Part shown: piece by piece, positions 36,269-49,380 of the stretch
Layout: every line of letters starts with the position of its first letter
Numbering within the stretch: the first letter of the stretch is position 1
Assembly (NCBI GenBank): GCA_030295235.1
Contig: AP026157.1
Location: forward strand, 310,001 to 374,000
DNA: 64,000 nucleotides
Direction of reading: 5' to 3'
From: Fistulifera solaris
Lineage: Eukaryota
Position numbers and translations under genes: made by a program
The notes under the pieces: generated by a model
The model's database searches: none
What the model was told of the DNA's origin: nothing
What the model saw: the letters and a program-made list of their open reading frames with translations, nothing else

Positions 36269-37625
36269 CTAATATTCTAAAGAACCTTCGGTCGATTCAT
36301 CATCTTCCATTTGACTAAAATCGTCCCCGGAAATCACCGTACCACGATGATCTTTGTTCGGGACGGCATAGACACGATCCATGTTACAAGTCATCCAATG
36401 GAAGAGTACTTCAATACTCGACACGCTGGCATCATCCAAATCACCCGAATACATGACACGTGGACCATCCACAATATCCGAATCTTCACTGTCCATCATG
36501 GACTCGTAGTCCGGAGTGGTAGTGATGCGTCGGGCTCGATGAATGGCTTCAATCACAGAAACGATCCATTGCTTTTTGGCGGGCGGGGTCCACGGGTGAG
36601 AGTGTTTGCCGTGTATGATCCGCCACAAGGAGTTCGGTTGTTATTGTTGGCTTGGTGGATGTTGCGCGGGGTGAAACAACGTGTTCCGAGTGAAATACCT
36701 CCAGCAGAAAGGATCCATGCTTCTTGGCAGTGCGAGACAAATTGGATGTCGGTAAACGGGCGAATGATGTTAGAGAGTCAACGAAGTTGGAGAAACCTTT
36801 TCCGCTCGATCTTGGGGAATATCCGAATCATCGACTTTTGTCGTCGTACTTTGATCGACCTTGAGTTCCCCCCTTCTGTTGTAATTGCGAACCATCAACA
36901 GTAACAACGATAGGGCTCATCGACACGCGTCTGGTATCGTTGGCAATTATTTCATGCACAATTTCCTTCGGTGCACTTTTTAATGGCTGGAGTCGATTTC
37001 TCGTCTCTTTCTCTCCGTCCACCGAATCGTGAGAAAAGGCCCTTCTTTTTTGCCTTGCCCTTTGTCGCTATTGGTTCCGAAGACATTGCCGTTTTGTCAT
37101 CAACACCTTTCTTGGATTGGAAAAGACAGGTTCCTTATCACGCTGCACGGTGCCTGTAGGAGATACAACTGCCGAGAAAGATTTTTCCTTTTGCCAGATT
37201 TCAAAACAGTCTTTGAAGAGGTCACCATGTTTGGCGACTTGGGCGAAAGTGGCTGATCGACGACTTCACACTGAATATTTGTTGAAACCTGAGGCCTCGC
37301 TTTTGGGGGAACGAAGTGGAGGAGCGTCGATGACTATGTCGTCGTTGTCATCTCTCTGAACATTGGTCGTTACACTACCGGGCGTTGCAATTCGGGTATC
37401 TGGCTGAACACGCGAGGGCGCTCTTTTTGGAAGGGAAGCAGCAGCTTTCGGAGGAGGCTCTTTTTCTTCCCGCTTTACAACAGTAGTCTTTCTGCTTTTT
37501 GCATTTCTCTCTGTCCAGGCTCTCGGCGAACTCAGTTGCTTTCGTTGCGCTAAGTTTGGCCTCGCCATTTTGGTCGGATCTGCATCGAGGCTGGCACCCG
37601 AATCGTTACTTGCCGTCCAATGCAT
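36269..37625 (-). CDS. Hypothetical low-complexity basic/Ser-Pro-rich protein (fragmented)
   Basis: A chain of minus-strand ORFs (37266-37670, 36828-37022, 36269-36628) with coding-like composition and no recognisable domain. Confidence 0.4.
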
Positions 37626-38202
37626 AGCCCGCATATGACTTGTGCGCGGCCCTCCGAGAAAATTCACCATTATGCTTACTTTTTATTATATTCGATGATG
37701 CATGAAAGAAGTCCCTTTGTTACGAAATTTCGACAAGAAAGTGGAGGGGGAGTGTGCGAGAAAAATCAAAAAGTGTGATGTGACACGTGAACGCGTATGA
37801 GTTAACCGTTTTCTCATAGCAAAATAACGGTGGCGTTGAAATGTTTGACATTCCCTATAGCAAAGAGTACATTTTCTTTCGCCCACCGCTCGCGGAATTT
37901 TCGCTTATTAGGAAGAATTTATTAGCACCTACACAATAACCAAGAACACGGAACTGTACTTTCTACTAGCAGTTACGATTACCACATGGATATGGATGGG
38001 GGTTCAGTATAGTACAGTACTTGTACTGGTACCTCACACGCCGCACACCCTGTTTACGCTATGGCTATGGCTAACCTTATGGCTAAGCTTTTTCTTTTTG
38101 CAAGTCTTTTTGTAGTCTAGCAAAGCTAGAAAGACAAAGGTACAGGGTGCTAACAAGAATATTAATGTGATGTACAGTATAAATTTTTCCATTATAAAGC
38201 GG

Positions 38203-39666
38203 CTATATTTCAAGCGTCTCAACAACATGATGGCGCTTTTGCCTTCGAGTTATTCGCTTCTTGGGCAATGAAACGGACTTGCGTTGCTTCATTTCTTCCC
38301 TCGTCATTTGAAAATCGATATCTTGTGTTACATCGCTGCCCTCGTTTGTGGAGGAGTCATGACCTGGAGATGGATAATGAAATTCTTTCTTGCTAGAAAA
38401 CCGTACGCGGGGTTTCTCATCGATCTGCGTTATTGGTTCCATCGCGTCAACGGAAAACTCGATTTCGCGTGCAGATTGCGACTGCCAGCTGTCGTCATTG
38501 GATGAACCCGTTGGTTCGGAGTGTTCTTTCTTACTAGGAGGGGTAACGTCGTTGTATACATCTTCGTCGGAGGAATAATCGTACGCATTGCGTCTGTACG
38601 GATACAGATCGACGTCGGAATTCTCATCGTCTTCCCATAAATGATCAAAGTCCATGGTCGTCGCCGGTGCCTCGACGGCGCAAATATCCCAAATCTTTTC
38701 CTCTTTGGTGGGTGCCGCGTCGGGACCCCACGGTCGAGCCGCTACGGGGGCGGATGCCGCCGGGCGACTGAATGTTCGGTTCTCCACAAATAGACCGGAA
38801 TCCACCGATGAATCATCCTCCACAAACTCGTCGCTGTCGTCGTTCACTACATCCTTCGACAATTGCTCTTCTTCGTAACTTTCAAATGTATCGACAACTT
38901 GATCGATGCCTTTCATGTCGAGGTCCATCATGTCCATCACACTCGTAGGACTACTACTCGCAGTTGATTTGGTGGCTTGATCCGAGGTGATGGGAAGAGA
39001 CGACGAGTCGTCGGGGTTACCATCTTCCATCATATTAGATTTGTCGGCTATTTGTGATCGATTTTCTTTGGCTGGTGTCGTGTATTCGAGATCGGGGAGC
39101 GTAGGGGCAGGAATCGGTTCTGAAATGGCGGCGTTCGCATCGCCTTCGGGAATCATCGGCCTTCGCCGGAACGGCCTCGACACCATTATTTCTTCCCGTA
39201 CCAACAAATCATCATCGTCGCTGTCCTTACTTTCCTCATGATGATTTTCCTCAATTTCATTCAATCGCGTCCGCAGCAAATCGTTGTAATTGACACGCAG
39301 CGTCCCATCTGTGACACAGCCTTCTTGACGCAAGAATTCTTGCAATTTCTCAAATGCCGAAGGGTCACTTAAAATGAGCCCGACCTTATCTTGACTGAGG
39401 CGAACATCGTGTCTCTTTTGAAAGGAAAATATATTTTCAATTTTGAAATTACTCAAGAAATAGCGATTGTAATTCCCTGTGGCTGGCTTGGAAGAAGATG
39501 CGTTCTTGTTTCGCTTGTTCGATTTTGTATTATTATTTGTTTCTTCAGTCTCTTTTCGCGTCTCGTGTTCCGTCGAGGATTGTGTTTCGTCCTCGATGGG
39601 TTCTTCCGTCTTGGTTTCTAACGAAGAATCATTGTGAGAGGATGACGGTGCAGAAAGGACTTCCAT
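38203..39666 (-). CDS. Hypothetical acidic, largely disordered protein (487 aa)
   Basis: Long uninterrupted D/E/S-rich ORF with a basic C-terminus. Confidence 0.75.
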   Translation of the reverse strand: MEVLSAPSSSHNDSSLETKTEEPIEDETQSSTEHETRKETEETNNNTKSNKRNKNASSSKPATGNYNRYFLSNFKIENIFSFQKRHDVRLSQDKVGLILSDPSAFEKLQEFLRQEGCVTDGTLRVNYNDLLRTRLNEIEENHHEESKDSDDDDLLVREEIMVSRPFRRRPMIPEGDANAAISEPIPAPTLPDLEYTTPAKENRSQIADKSNMMEDGNPDDSSSLPITSDQATKSTASSSPTSVMDMMDLDMKGIDQVVDTFESYEEEQLSKDVVNDDSDEFVEDDSSVDSGLFVENRTFSRPAASAPVAARPWGPDAAPTKEEKIWDICAVEAPATTMDFDHLWEDDENSDVDLYPYRRNAYDYSSDEDVYNDVTPPSKKEHSEPTGSSNDDSWQSQSAREIEFSVDAMEPITQIDEKPRVRFSSKKEFHYPSPGHDSSTNEGSDVTQDIDFQMTREEMKQRKSVSLPKKRITRRQKRHHVVETLEI

Positions 39667-40448
39667 TTTGCAAGATGCTCGTTCGTTCGTTTGTTATTCC
39701 TCAACTGGCTCCGGATGACACTCGCTTGAATACGCAACTCAGCGCAAAGTCGATGCGGATGCTTATTAAAAAGGAAATGAGAGTGTAAGTAAGTTGTTAT
39801 CAGTCAAATCTTTTGCTGTATTATTATTTCTGACTCCTCCTTTCATCTAAAAGGTCACACACTCTCTTGTTGGTTGTCTTCTCACACTGCGCCACATTGA
39901 TTTTTTTTTATTTATTGTGGAGGAGGAGTTGCGCGAAGTGGGGCAAGCCGGGTTTACTATCACGAAACATGTAGTTCAATGGCACGGCCTGCTCGCTGGT
40001 ACTCCACATTTTTGCTTACTTACGGACTTTTGGTGCCGGATCCAAATGGTTCGAATTTTCATTACACCAAAGTGAAGAGTAAGTCTTCAACCGAAAAAAC
40101 TACTTTCGTGTCCACAGCACGAGCTTGATTCGTATTTAGGATATTTCTGGCTGGCATTTAAGTGTAAGTCACGGATCCTTCACTGAGCTCAGAAGCACGA
40201 ACTCTAGATTAGGCTTATCCCTAATACAGTAGGACTACAATGCCATCGAAACGGAGCAAAAGCATGCAAGGCATTACTGTACCAGTACAGTACCAGTTAC
40301 AAGGTAACATGCGCGATGAACAAACATATCAAGCGGGCTAAAAAAAGGACGAGAAAACTACCATGGTTTGTCGACGAGAGTCCTATTAAATTTTATCCAA
40401 GCACTTGGCATGTATATTACTCAATCGTCTGTGCGAAAAGTGAAAAAC

Positions 40449-41113
40449 TTAGACACTGGGGAAAAGGGTGTCAACGTTTCCGAGCTTGTCGTGAACCATA
40501 AGTCCCAACAATCCCATCATGGCGGCACGGCCTTGGTTGAGCTCGATGGCACGCTTTTGAAGCTTGGTCTCTTCATCCTGAAAGAATGGCATGTTAAAGG
40601 CATGTTTCATTGAAAACAATGATCAAAGCAATAAAATATACTTACGAACGAGTCCCATCCGAAGTCAATGAAGTTGTTGCGGAAGTCACCAACGAACTCT
40701 CCTCCGGTGATGTCCTTCATGACGGCAAGCTCCAAGAAACCAACAAAGGCAAGAACCTGGAGAGCACCGGCAACAGGAACGGCAGTGGATCCCTCCCATC
40801 CGGCAGGGATATCGGCGAACTTGGTTCCGGAGTAGTCAATGTCTCCCGGAAGGCGGATTCCGGCGGCGGTGACCAAGTATCCGACAACACCCAACATGCA
40901 GATGCGGCCGTGCTTGATCTCGACGTATCGGAGGCGGTCGAACTTCTCTTGGTCACCATCGGCAACAAGGCCAAGGGGATCAAAGAAACCAAGAGGAGCC
41001 TGGGCACCGAGTTCGTCTTCGAAAGCCTTCAAGGCAGTGCTGGAGGCAGTCTTTTGGGCCGGGGCGAAAGCGGCGGCAGAGGCGATGAGGGAGGCAAGGA
41101 CGGCGGTCTTCAT
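40449..41113 (-). CDS. Lhcf: Fucoxanthin-chlorophyll a/c binding protein, 198 aa, intron 40578-40645
   Basis: MKTAVLASLIASAAAFAP, GFFDPLG, RLRYVEIKHGRICML, FGWDSF|DEETKLQKRAIELNQGRAAMMG. The GTAAGT...CAG intron restores the frame. Confidence 0.98.
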
Positions 41114-41309
41114 TTTTGCGAGTTCGTTCGAATACTTGATTCTGAGAATTGTGAGAAGAGTGAAGAGGTCGAATGCTTGCAATTCTTGACAACCTTGGAG
41201 GCAACGTGGATAACAAAAGGATACCCTTTCAAGTCAAATCTTTCGATCCTGGTAATTCAACTTCGAGGACCGGATTTTTGAGTGAACATGACTGTACTGC
41301 GATTGTGTC

Positions 41310-41389
41310 TGACGTGCGTTCTTTTAGTACAATAAGTAGATATACAATAATTTTCTTTATAATGTCGAAAGTATAAGCCCAGATGACGT
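41310..41389. promoter_or_regulatory. Two TGACGT (aureochrome/bZIP) boxes in the Lhcf promoter
   Basis: TGACGT at 41310-41315 and 41384-41389, with TGACG variants near 41430 and 41475. Confidence 0.4.
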
Positions 41390-41871
41390 TTGTCTTTGGG
41401 GTTCTCCTTTCACTAAATAAGTTGTTGCTTGACGATCTGAAGATATTACGAATTGGATCTATGATCTGCAACCGTGACGCATAACGCTCATCCCAGTGGC
41501 TATAGCTCGTGCGCTACGAAGGGTTCAACAACACGCGACCGATCCGCCACGCAACGGGCACGAGTCGCGCTGGCTATAGCTGCACAGAATTCAACAGAAC
41601 AACTCTAAATCCAGCAGGAATCTTCTCTGCATTCAATGCAAGAAGTCAACATGAGAAGAACCAGGGCCAGTCCTTTTATTATTGTATACGGTAGTTGATA
41701 TAGTATTCTGCAATCCGAGGGCTAACGAAGCTTGCAAATGCGCAATTCGTTATAGTCTAGATGCAATCTGCATAACGGGTGTGTATTCATAAATACTAGA
41801 TATATCATTAAGCGCTTCAATTTAGCTATGGTTAGCGCGCATATTGTCAATGCAAACAATAATTCGACTAG

Positions 41872-43138
41872 TCAGCATCCATTTTCGCCGTCGCTTAGAT
41901 ATGGCTCTTCCGGAAGACGAACTCCATGTTCCGGATCACCGGGTGGCGGAGACGCCACAACGACGGTCACTCCAATGTAGTTGACAATGTTCTCTTGAGC
42001 ATCGCGCAAGGCGGCAATGAAAAGTTTGTTCCAGAACGGGGTGCCATCTTTCATATAATTGATAAAGGTGACACTCACATCCTCGCCTTTGGATAATCCG
42101 TCGCGGATCATCGCCAGTTTCGCTTTGCTTGTTTGTTCGCCCTGTAAAAAGCGGCAGTTACGGCCCAACACTTCGGAACGGTCGTAACCGGTCAACTTTA
42201 AAAAAGTCATCGGAGGCAAAGACAATCGGATTGTCTTGCAAACTAGGATCGGTAATGATAAAAGCGTGTTGCGACTTTTGGATGCTTTGAACAAGGTTGA
42301 AGTCTTGAGAATCCATGTCCTCAAATCCTTCCGAGCATGCTTCCAGCACCGACGGAGGCATTCGTTCTAAAGCGTTACATCCATCCAGAATTTGTCGGGC
42401 AACTCCTTCTTCTAGATTTTCTTTCACAATGGCCTTGAGATTCAGGTTATCTCGTTGTAGATCCAATATTTCTTTTTGTAGCGACTCGAAAAAGAACTTT
42501 TTCCGAAGACGAGTTCGTTTGGCCAGAACACGATTGCGCTCCCTACGACGATCGACTTGGTCTTGTGACTTTTTCTTTCGTCCTCGAGCGGGTTGCTGCA
42601 ACATGGCCTGCGCCGCCGCGCTGGAGAGCGCAGATACAAACGAGTTGGTCGGAGCCACGGCGTAGATAGCACCATTGTTTCCCTCGACACGCATACGCTT
42701 CGACATTTCTGCTTCATCGCTGCCCACCGGACACGGTAACACAGGAAAACCTATTGGGGCGGCTGTCGGCTGCTGTTGCTGTTGCAGAACACCCCCGTCG
42801 TATTGCATCGTAGAAGGAAAAGTACTATCATCGCCACACAAAGGATGAAATCCATCTTCGCTGTTCTCGGGTGATACATACGAGCCCGCATTCCCATTTC
42901 CATGACTGCGCCAAGTAGATCAGGTAGTTAGACAAGTAAGATAAGCGAACATCGCATAATACAATCAGTATACTCACTTGAAATCAAACGTTACGCCGCT
43001 CGGCTTCTCTTCGCCCAAAAGAAAGGCGGCCAGCACATCGACATCAAAGTTATCGGTATCACACCATTCGTTCAGGTTCCCCGTCCCTGCGCGACCGAAC
43101 CGGGGAGCAAAGCTGGAGTAATCCACATGATCGGTCAT
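41872..43138 (-). CDS. AUREO1c: Aureochrome (bZIP-LOV blue-light transcription factor), 1c-like; intron 42906-42977
   Basis: bZIP RRRERNRVLAKRTRLRKKFFFESLQKE; LOV ITDPSLQDNPIVFASDDF|LKLTGY..SEVLGRNCRFLQG, NY.KDGTPFWN. GTGAGT...CAG intron is in frame. Frameshift at the A-run 42200-42205. The subclass is from recall of the bZIP sequence. Confidence 0.93.
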
Positions 43139-44970
43139 GTTGATTCTGTTCGACGACAAACAAGGAGTTGTGAGAAGTGTTCGAGAGAAATCAAAGAATT
43201 GTTGTCGGAAAATGAGACGAACGGGGGCTCTACATTCGAGTTGACAGTAGAGGCCGAACCGGTACTTAATACTATGACGCAAAAGGGCTAAATCGTTCGC
43301 AACAAGACGGTTCACCGTCTACCGCACGCTTGACACCACCATGGGCGACGAGCGCAAAGGAACGAAGAACCCTTCAAGCAGCGAGAAAAAGGATGAATTT
43401 CACTTGAAATAAAGCAAACAGGAACAGACACAATGCATCCGTGGAAAGAGCGGCGCCAGGAACGACATGGCTGCGACTCAAACAGCCCATTTTCTCACAA
43501 GAACAAATAGATTGATAGGAATTCAAGAGTCGTGCGTTTTGGCGTTGCGCTTGCGACCGAGCATGATAAAGTAAAGTATTAACGGCTCGCTCATTCGGAA
43601 TCGAAGTAATGTGGAGATAGAACATGAAATCCCACGCATCACCCCGAAACGCGACATTCCCCTTTGACCCCGTATCTGCAAGTACCAATCCTACGGCGTT
43701 CTACTTCAACGTGCCCGAAGACACTTTCACATTGCGTGCGCTTGCCAAACTGCCCTTTCTCGCGCCTCGCCTCCGCCAGGACGTCTTAACAATGAATGAA
43801 AACCTACCTGAAGGTAAAAATGAATTTCACACACACCTTAAAGTCAACAGGATGATTTGCGCTGTCTTTTTCAGTGACAAAAAATTGGCTCCCTTTTGGA
43901 TTGTTCTCGACCTCGAGCGAGCGAGAGACATGCAAGAGAGAGAGCAAGTCGTTCAAAGTCTGGAATACACTTCATTCAATAGTAAGTACGACACCATCAT
44001 TCTTTTGGAGATCTTAGTACATGTTAGAGCATAGAGCTGGACAGAAACGGTACTCAGTTGATGTTTCAGCCACACTTCATCCATGTACAGAACATGAAGA
44101 ACACTGTCGCTGTGGTTCACGTTGACTCGTGACTAAAATTAGGAAGAGTCGTCAAAGATCCCTTTCGACAAACGAGGAGTCTCTCACGAATTGCATGAAC
44201 ATTCATCTAAATATTTGCTATAACTTCTAAAAATCTTACCGATTCTTTTACTTTAATGAACACAGATCACTTGACGGCAACAAAAGAAGAGTCTTGAAGG
44301 CAGCTTGTGCCGCTCGACAGAGTGATTCACTTTCGAAGCAAAGTTGCGTCCGAAACGCAAAAAAACGCGCTGTTGAAAGTTGAAAATGATTTCATTGGGA
44401 CAGTTGCAGCCGCCTCTCTATTGTTTAAGCGTTACGAACTGTCGCTAATGCTTTGGCGCGATGTCCTCTTGCTAGTGTTATCATAGCTTATCAGTGCTCC
44501 ACTGATAGTTCAAAACGAACAAAGAAGAGGACACTTGAATACTAACAGGTCAAAGGGTTGCGTCCAACGTCTATTCTTTCGCTCTCTCTTGAAACAAGAA
44601 CGCATTTCTTTGGCCTTTCGTTTCGCATTCCAAAGAATTCGTGCACCGACTCCGTGTTGGATTTCTTTGTTTCGTTCCGAATTCAACGGAAATCGTTTTT
44701 GGCGAAGCCAAAGCTGGATCGTCGACTTTGACAAAAAGTGTACTAAGTGGGACTGAGCACTGAATCGTGACAATAAAAGTGGCCGCCGATCCACGCTCGC
44801 TCTTTCAGTAGAATTCCATCGCACGAAAGCCGACCGCAGCGAAGGTCGTTTCGATCAAATTCAAAAAAAAATTTCGTTGATCGACTGGACTGCTTTTCTC
44901 ACAAAGCGTCGGCGCATTTCCAATTTCAAACAGTCTATCTTACGTGCGTGCCCTCCATTGCTTGACTTTA

Positions 44971-45837
44971 ATGACGACAACAGCGCCCATGACTGCGATT
45001 ACTATACCCACCAGCATCATGACCAAGAGTATGAAAGCACGCGATGACATTCAACGCGTGCAAACGACCGCCATTCAAGCTTTTCGTCAATCGCAATTTG
45101 AGGAAGCCATCACAGCGACCGAAGAATGGATGTATTTGGAACGCAAACACGGTGAGCTCGAATCTGCCGCCGTCGCCGAGACACTCAACTTTTTGGGCAA
45201 AGTCTATTGCACCATGGGGGACAGTGATTCGGCCATTTTGTATTTCAAGCAGGCCGTCGAAATGATGCGAAAGGTCCAACCCGATTCGAAAATTATGGCC
45301 AAAACGTTGACGAATATGGGATTTATTTACAAGCAGCACGAGCGAAATGCGCAGGCCTTGCGGTTGTTGGAAGAATCGCTGTCAATTTTGGAAAAAGTCG
45401 CTCCCAACACCATGACGCTAGCGAACAACTACAGCAACGTTGCCATGATCCTTAAAGACATGGATCGCGTCAAGGAAAGCATTCGTCGGGAGAAACAGGG
45501 CATGGAAATCAAGGAGAAAATTGCACCCGGAACGGAATCGCTGGCCGTCACATACCTCACTTTGGGGCAACTCTATTTGTCGATCGGCAATCCGACCAAA
45601 GCGATTAAATACCTGCAACTCGCCAAGAAAATAGCGATACCTTTGGATAAGAATCCTTTGAAAATGGATGTGACCATGACATTGAATGAAGCGCTCTCGT
45701 TGCAATTGAAGAAGGGACAGACCAAGAAGAAGAAACGAGCCAAGAAAGAGCCTATTTCACTCAAAGAACAAGTTGTGGCGTACAAAATGGTGCGACCAAA
45801 GCTACTGAATCCGGAAGATCGCCTGATCAGTATATAG
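44971..45837 (+). CDS. TPR-repeat protein (kinesin-light-chain-type repeats)
   Basis: Repeats AETLNFLGKVY, AKTLTNMGFIY, ANNYSNVAMIL and AVTYLTLGQLY at about 40-aa spacing. Confidence 0.88.
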   Translation: MTTTAPMTAITIPTSIMTKSMKARDDIQRVQTTAIQAFRQSQFEEAITATEEWMYLERKHGELESAAVAETLNFLGKVYCTMGDSDSAILYFKQAVEMMRKVQPDSKIMAKTLTNMGFIYKQHERNAQALRLLEESLSILEKVAPNTMTLANNYSNVAMILKDMDRVKESIRREKQGMEIKEKIAPGTESLAVTYLTLGQLYLSIGNPTKAIKYLQLAKKIAIPLDKNPLKMDVTMTLNEALSLQLKKGQTKKKKRAKKEPISLKEQVVAYKMVRPKLLNPEDRLISI

Positions 45838-46287
45838 TATACATGGATGGAATCGCCTGTAGCAAATTGCATAAATGTGTGTCCTGACGATGTGAAAGTG
45901 TGTGAGTCCTTTGTACAATGGGTGACTTGCTGTTTGCTGTGAAAAAAGTGAAAGAATGAAAATAAATAGCTTTCAAGTAATTAGTAAATTATAGTGGAAT
46001 AAGAATAGAGAAGGAGTAAACACGCAAGTGATTTAGCATCTCAATGATACGGTGGAAAATAATCCGGGACTGAGATAAAGTTGAGTCGGAGAAAAAGTCG
46101 TCTACAAGTTATTATATAGTGAATTGAATTAATTGCAAAGATGGCCTTTGGTTCGGTCTATATTCCATGTTAGTCGATGTAATTAATCGACAGCGGGAAC
46201 TATGAATTTTTTTAAAAAGTTAAAATCACTTTCCTTTCGTTGAAGCTCCCATGCTACAATAGCAACGATGATTTTCCGCTTCTTGCT

Positions 46288-46341
46288 CATGACTGTAATC
46301 CAGTCGTGGCATCCTTGAACCAACACTTCGTGCGATAGTAG
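46288..46341 (-). promoter_or_regulatory. Bipartite motif copy about 130 bp before the ATG at 46473
   Basis: CATGACTGTAATCCAGTC, 17 nt, ACACT, 7 nt, ATAGTA. Confidence 0.55.
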
Positions 46342-46472
46342 AATGTCATCACACGCAAATGGCGCGAAAAACGCAGTGACGCGATGTTCGCTCGCGGAGC
46401 GATCTTTTGTTTATTACAAGTATTTGTTCTTTCATTCTTTCATTTTTTCATTCCTTCATTATTCGTAAAAAG

Positions 46473-48502
46473 ATGACAACCACAAGTAGTATAGAAGAGA
46501 TTCGTTGTATTTGCATTCAAGAACTATCAAGACGAAAACGCGCTCCTATGAGAAACTTCGAAAGAAAAAGGTGCGTAACTTGTTCTCACCCCGCATCGAA
46601 AAAAAAGGCTTCTTTGCACCGCTCTCATCCGCTATTTCGCTGTTTAGACTACCGGAATGGTTGTTTTACGGCGTGACGGTATTTTTGGCCCTTATCGCCG
46701 GTCAATATACGTTGAAAGGCCTGGATGCACGACGTCACGAAGGAGAATGTCTCCACGCCGCATTGCAGCTAAAGGCAATGCAAACGATGGAACGATTGGA
46801 AGGGAACGAAATTGCGGACCAAGTCGAGTACGTTCACCATGAATTGCATAAACTACAAGATCAAACTGCAAGTCTGATGCAAAAGGTGGATTGGGAACAA
46901 GCGCAGGCACAATACGATGTTCTGCAGGCCCAATCGTTGCAGAATGTCGCCGAACAGAACCAACAAAAAGCGGTCTGGATGGACGAGCAAGTGAATGCGA
47001 CCGATCAGAAGCGTATGGCGTTACTAAACACCATCCAGGGAGGAAGTACAGGCCGAACAAGAACGGTTGCAACAGTTACATGATTCTCAGTTCACCAGCA
47101 ATTTCTGTGATACTCTTGGAATTTCACTTCTGTGTGACTGGCTGGGAGATTTGACCAACTTGCAAAGAGAATCCGACGAAGCCGACGTACAGATTCATCG
47201 TGATATGGAACAACTCGACAAAATGGATCAACAAGAGTATTTACAAAGACTTATTGAACAAGCTTTTCAGCATCAAGCCCAAAAATACCAGCGTGTCGCC
47301 GACGATCTCTTACGTATCGCCCGTCGATGGGCCTTACAGGCCAAATTGGATCAGCACAAGCTAGCTGCGCTCGTTGAAACTACAAAGGCCGTCGAACAGG
47401 ATACTTTGTCTTTGGAACAACAAAGTTCCCGATATGAACATTCCGTAGTGGAAATGACAGACGCTGTAAAGCGTTTGCTCCAGGATGCTCATCAGTACGA
47501 AACAGCGTCCGAAATGAATTTCTACATTACGTTCATTCTCTTGGTAATTCCATTGGTCGTGTTAACGTCGCGGTGCGCAGCGCGATTGGTGAACGCGGTT
47601 CATCGAGGCGTTGCCTACTTCCAACAAAAGAATCCACCACCCATCGTTCAGGACGTTAGTCTCATTCTTCTTCATGGCTTGTTTTTTCTTGTCACCGCAT
47701 TCGCATGTCGTGACTATTTGGCAAATCTAGAGCAGTACAGTACTCGCAAGCGGTGTATTGCCATTCTTTATTTTGCCTTTCTCGGTTCCTTGGCGCAGAG
47801 TTTCTGCCTACAACTGGTTCCGCATGTGATGTACGAGCAACCCTGGAGAGCGCCTCGGACTGTTACAGCGTCAATCATTTGGAAAATCGTCAAGTGCTTT
47901 CTAAAGCGGCTAGTTTTACTGCTGCCGTGCTTTGTTTTGGAGTTTCTTATGCTGTGGCTTAGTCCTTGGCGCCTGTCGGTTCTGCATCCCAGTGACCGTA
48001 TGCTTTACTCTGTCCATGCCTCTTTAGTATTGGGACTGTTGTTCTATTTTCTTTTTCGGGGTCTCAGCACAATGATGTTTCGGAACGTGTGGAGAGGGAC
48101 GATCACTCTACCGTGAACCAGGATGATAGTGAAGACGAAGTGTCCGTAAAAGAACACACGCCGCTAAAGATCGCCGACAGCAGCTTGACGGACACGGAAC
48201 TATTTCCCGAACTGCATTTGGCTCGAATGGATGATCGCGAGGAACGCGAAGAGGTGTCTCGTTATTCAGCTGACGAGTCTTCGCCGTACTCCGTTGACTT
48301 TGCAACTGGCTTGCGTCGGCTACTTTTCCTGGCCGAAACATTTACACTATGTTACGTGTTGGTGAATTTCAACCTGATTGTAACATCACTGATGCCAGCC
48401 CACACGCAAGCATTGCGAGTTGTCTTGTGCTGCTTCCTTGCAGGACTGACACTCTTCTTGGCGTATCATACACAGAGACACAATTTTTCGTTTTTAAATT
48501 GA
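46473..48502 (+). CDS. Hypothetical multi-pass membrane protein with a long coiled-coil region (frameshifted)
   Basis: Overlapping ORFs 46407-46676, 46505-47083, 47067-48116 and 48089-48502: one TM, Q/E-rich heptads, then several TM segments. Confidence 0.65.
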
Positions 48503-48888
48503 GAGCAACATTTGAGTTCGACGCCAAAACGATGGATGTCTGATGCCTGATCCTAGGAATTGTTCACTGTATATTGTATTTATTAATTGATTGTAGAACT
48601 TCTTTAAAAATTGTGATTCACAATTGCTAATTCATCTCTAGCCATTTGGTGCAGATGAAGTCTGAAATTCTAGCCATGACATTTGCAGGAAAAGGCCACT
48701 CTGTACTTATTGCGTAGAGCTCATAAAAATAACACATGCTGTTTCACCGCAAGCCACGCGTTACGATCAAGCCGCTTCAGCAATAACGATGAGCGCAGAC
48801 CACTCGCGTCTTTTCTTTCGATGTTCCTTGGCTTCAAAATTTTGTCCTACTCCTGGTTTACTTCGCAAAAGCTATTACGGAATAAATC

Positions 48889-49335
48889 ATGAAGACTTCG
48901 GGGTGGCAGTCAACGTTTGTTGCAACCCCTTTGGGCATCAGTGACATACAAGGGCCAAATCTGCCGTTCAGATATGTCACCCCGGGCAATGGGATTACTG
49001 GCCTATATTCTGAAAGCGGTACTGCATACACCATTCAAATGGACCGCATCAGCTGCGAATTGGGCCCTGCTTTGTCGTTCTTTAAAGGTTACAGAAGCAA
49101 ACTTCCCGTTGGATGCTTTCTCTGTGCAGAGAGTGCCGAGCTAACTTTGGTTGCTACGGCAGACGATAACGAAGCCGAGCTGTGGCGGAACCATTTGCTG
49201 ATCCCAACTCATTTTTCTTTCAAGAGAATGGCCGTTCACGCGAGTCGTTGTCGATTCCACCCTGGTCAGCAACAGTTATAAAGCAACTGAGGGGTATCTG
49301 TACGAAGTGAAGATCAATCCTCGAACGACTTGGGA
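48889..49335 (+). pseudogene. Degenerate family B copy
   Basis: Fragments across frames: LQPLWASVTYKGQICR, WDYW, GTAYTIQMDRISCELGPALSFF, ELTLVATADDNE, GYLYEVKINPR. Multiple indels and no clean start. Confidence 0.75.
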
Positions 49336-49380
49336 AATGGAGATTACCTAAGAGTTGTATGTTTCACATCCTCTCTTCGT

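Noticed and set aside
40610..41281. 223-aa plus-strand ORF over Lhcf
   Set aside because: Antisense shadow caused by the strong codon bias of a highly expressed gene.
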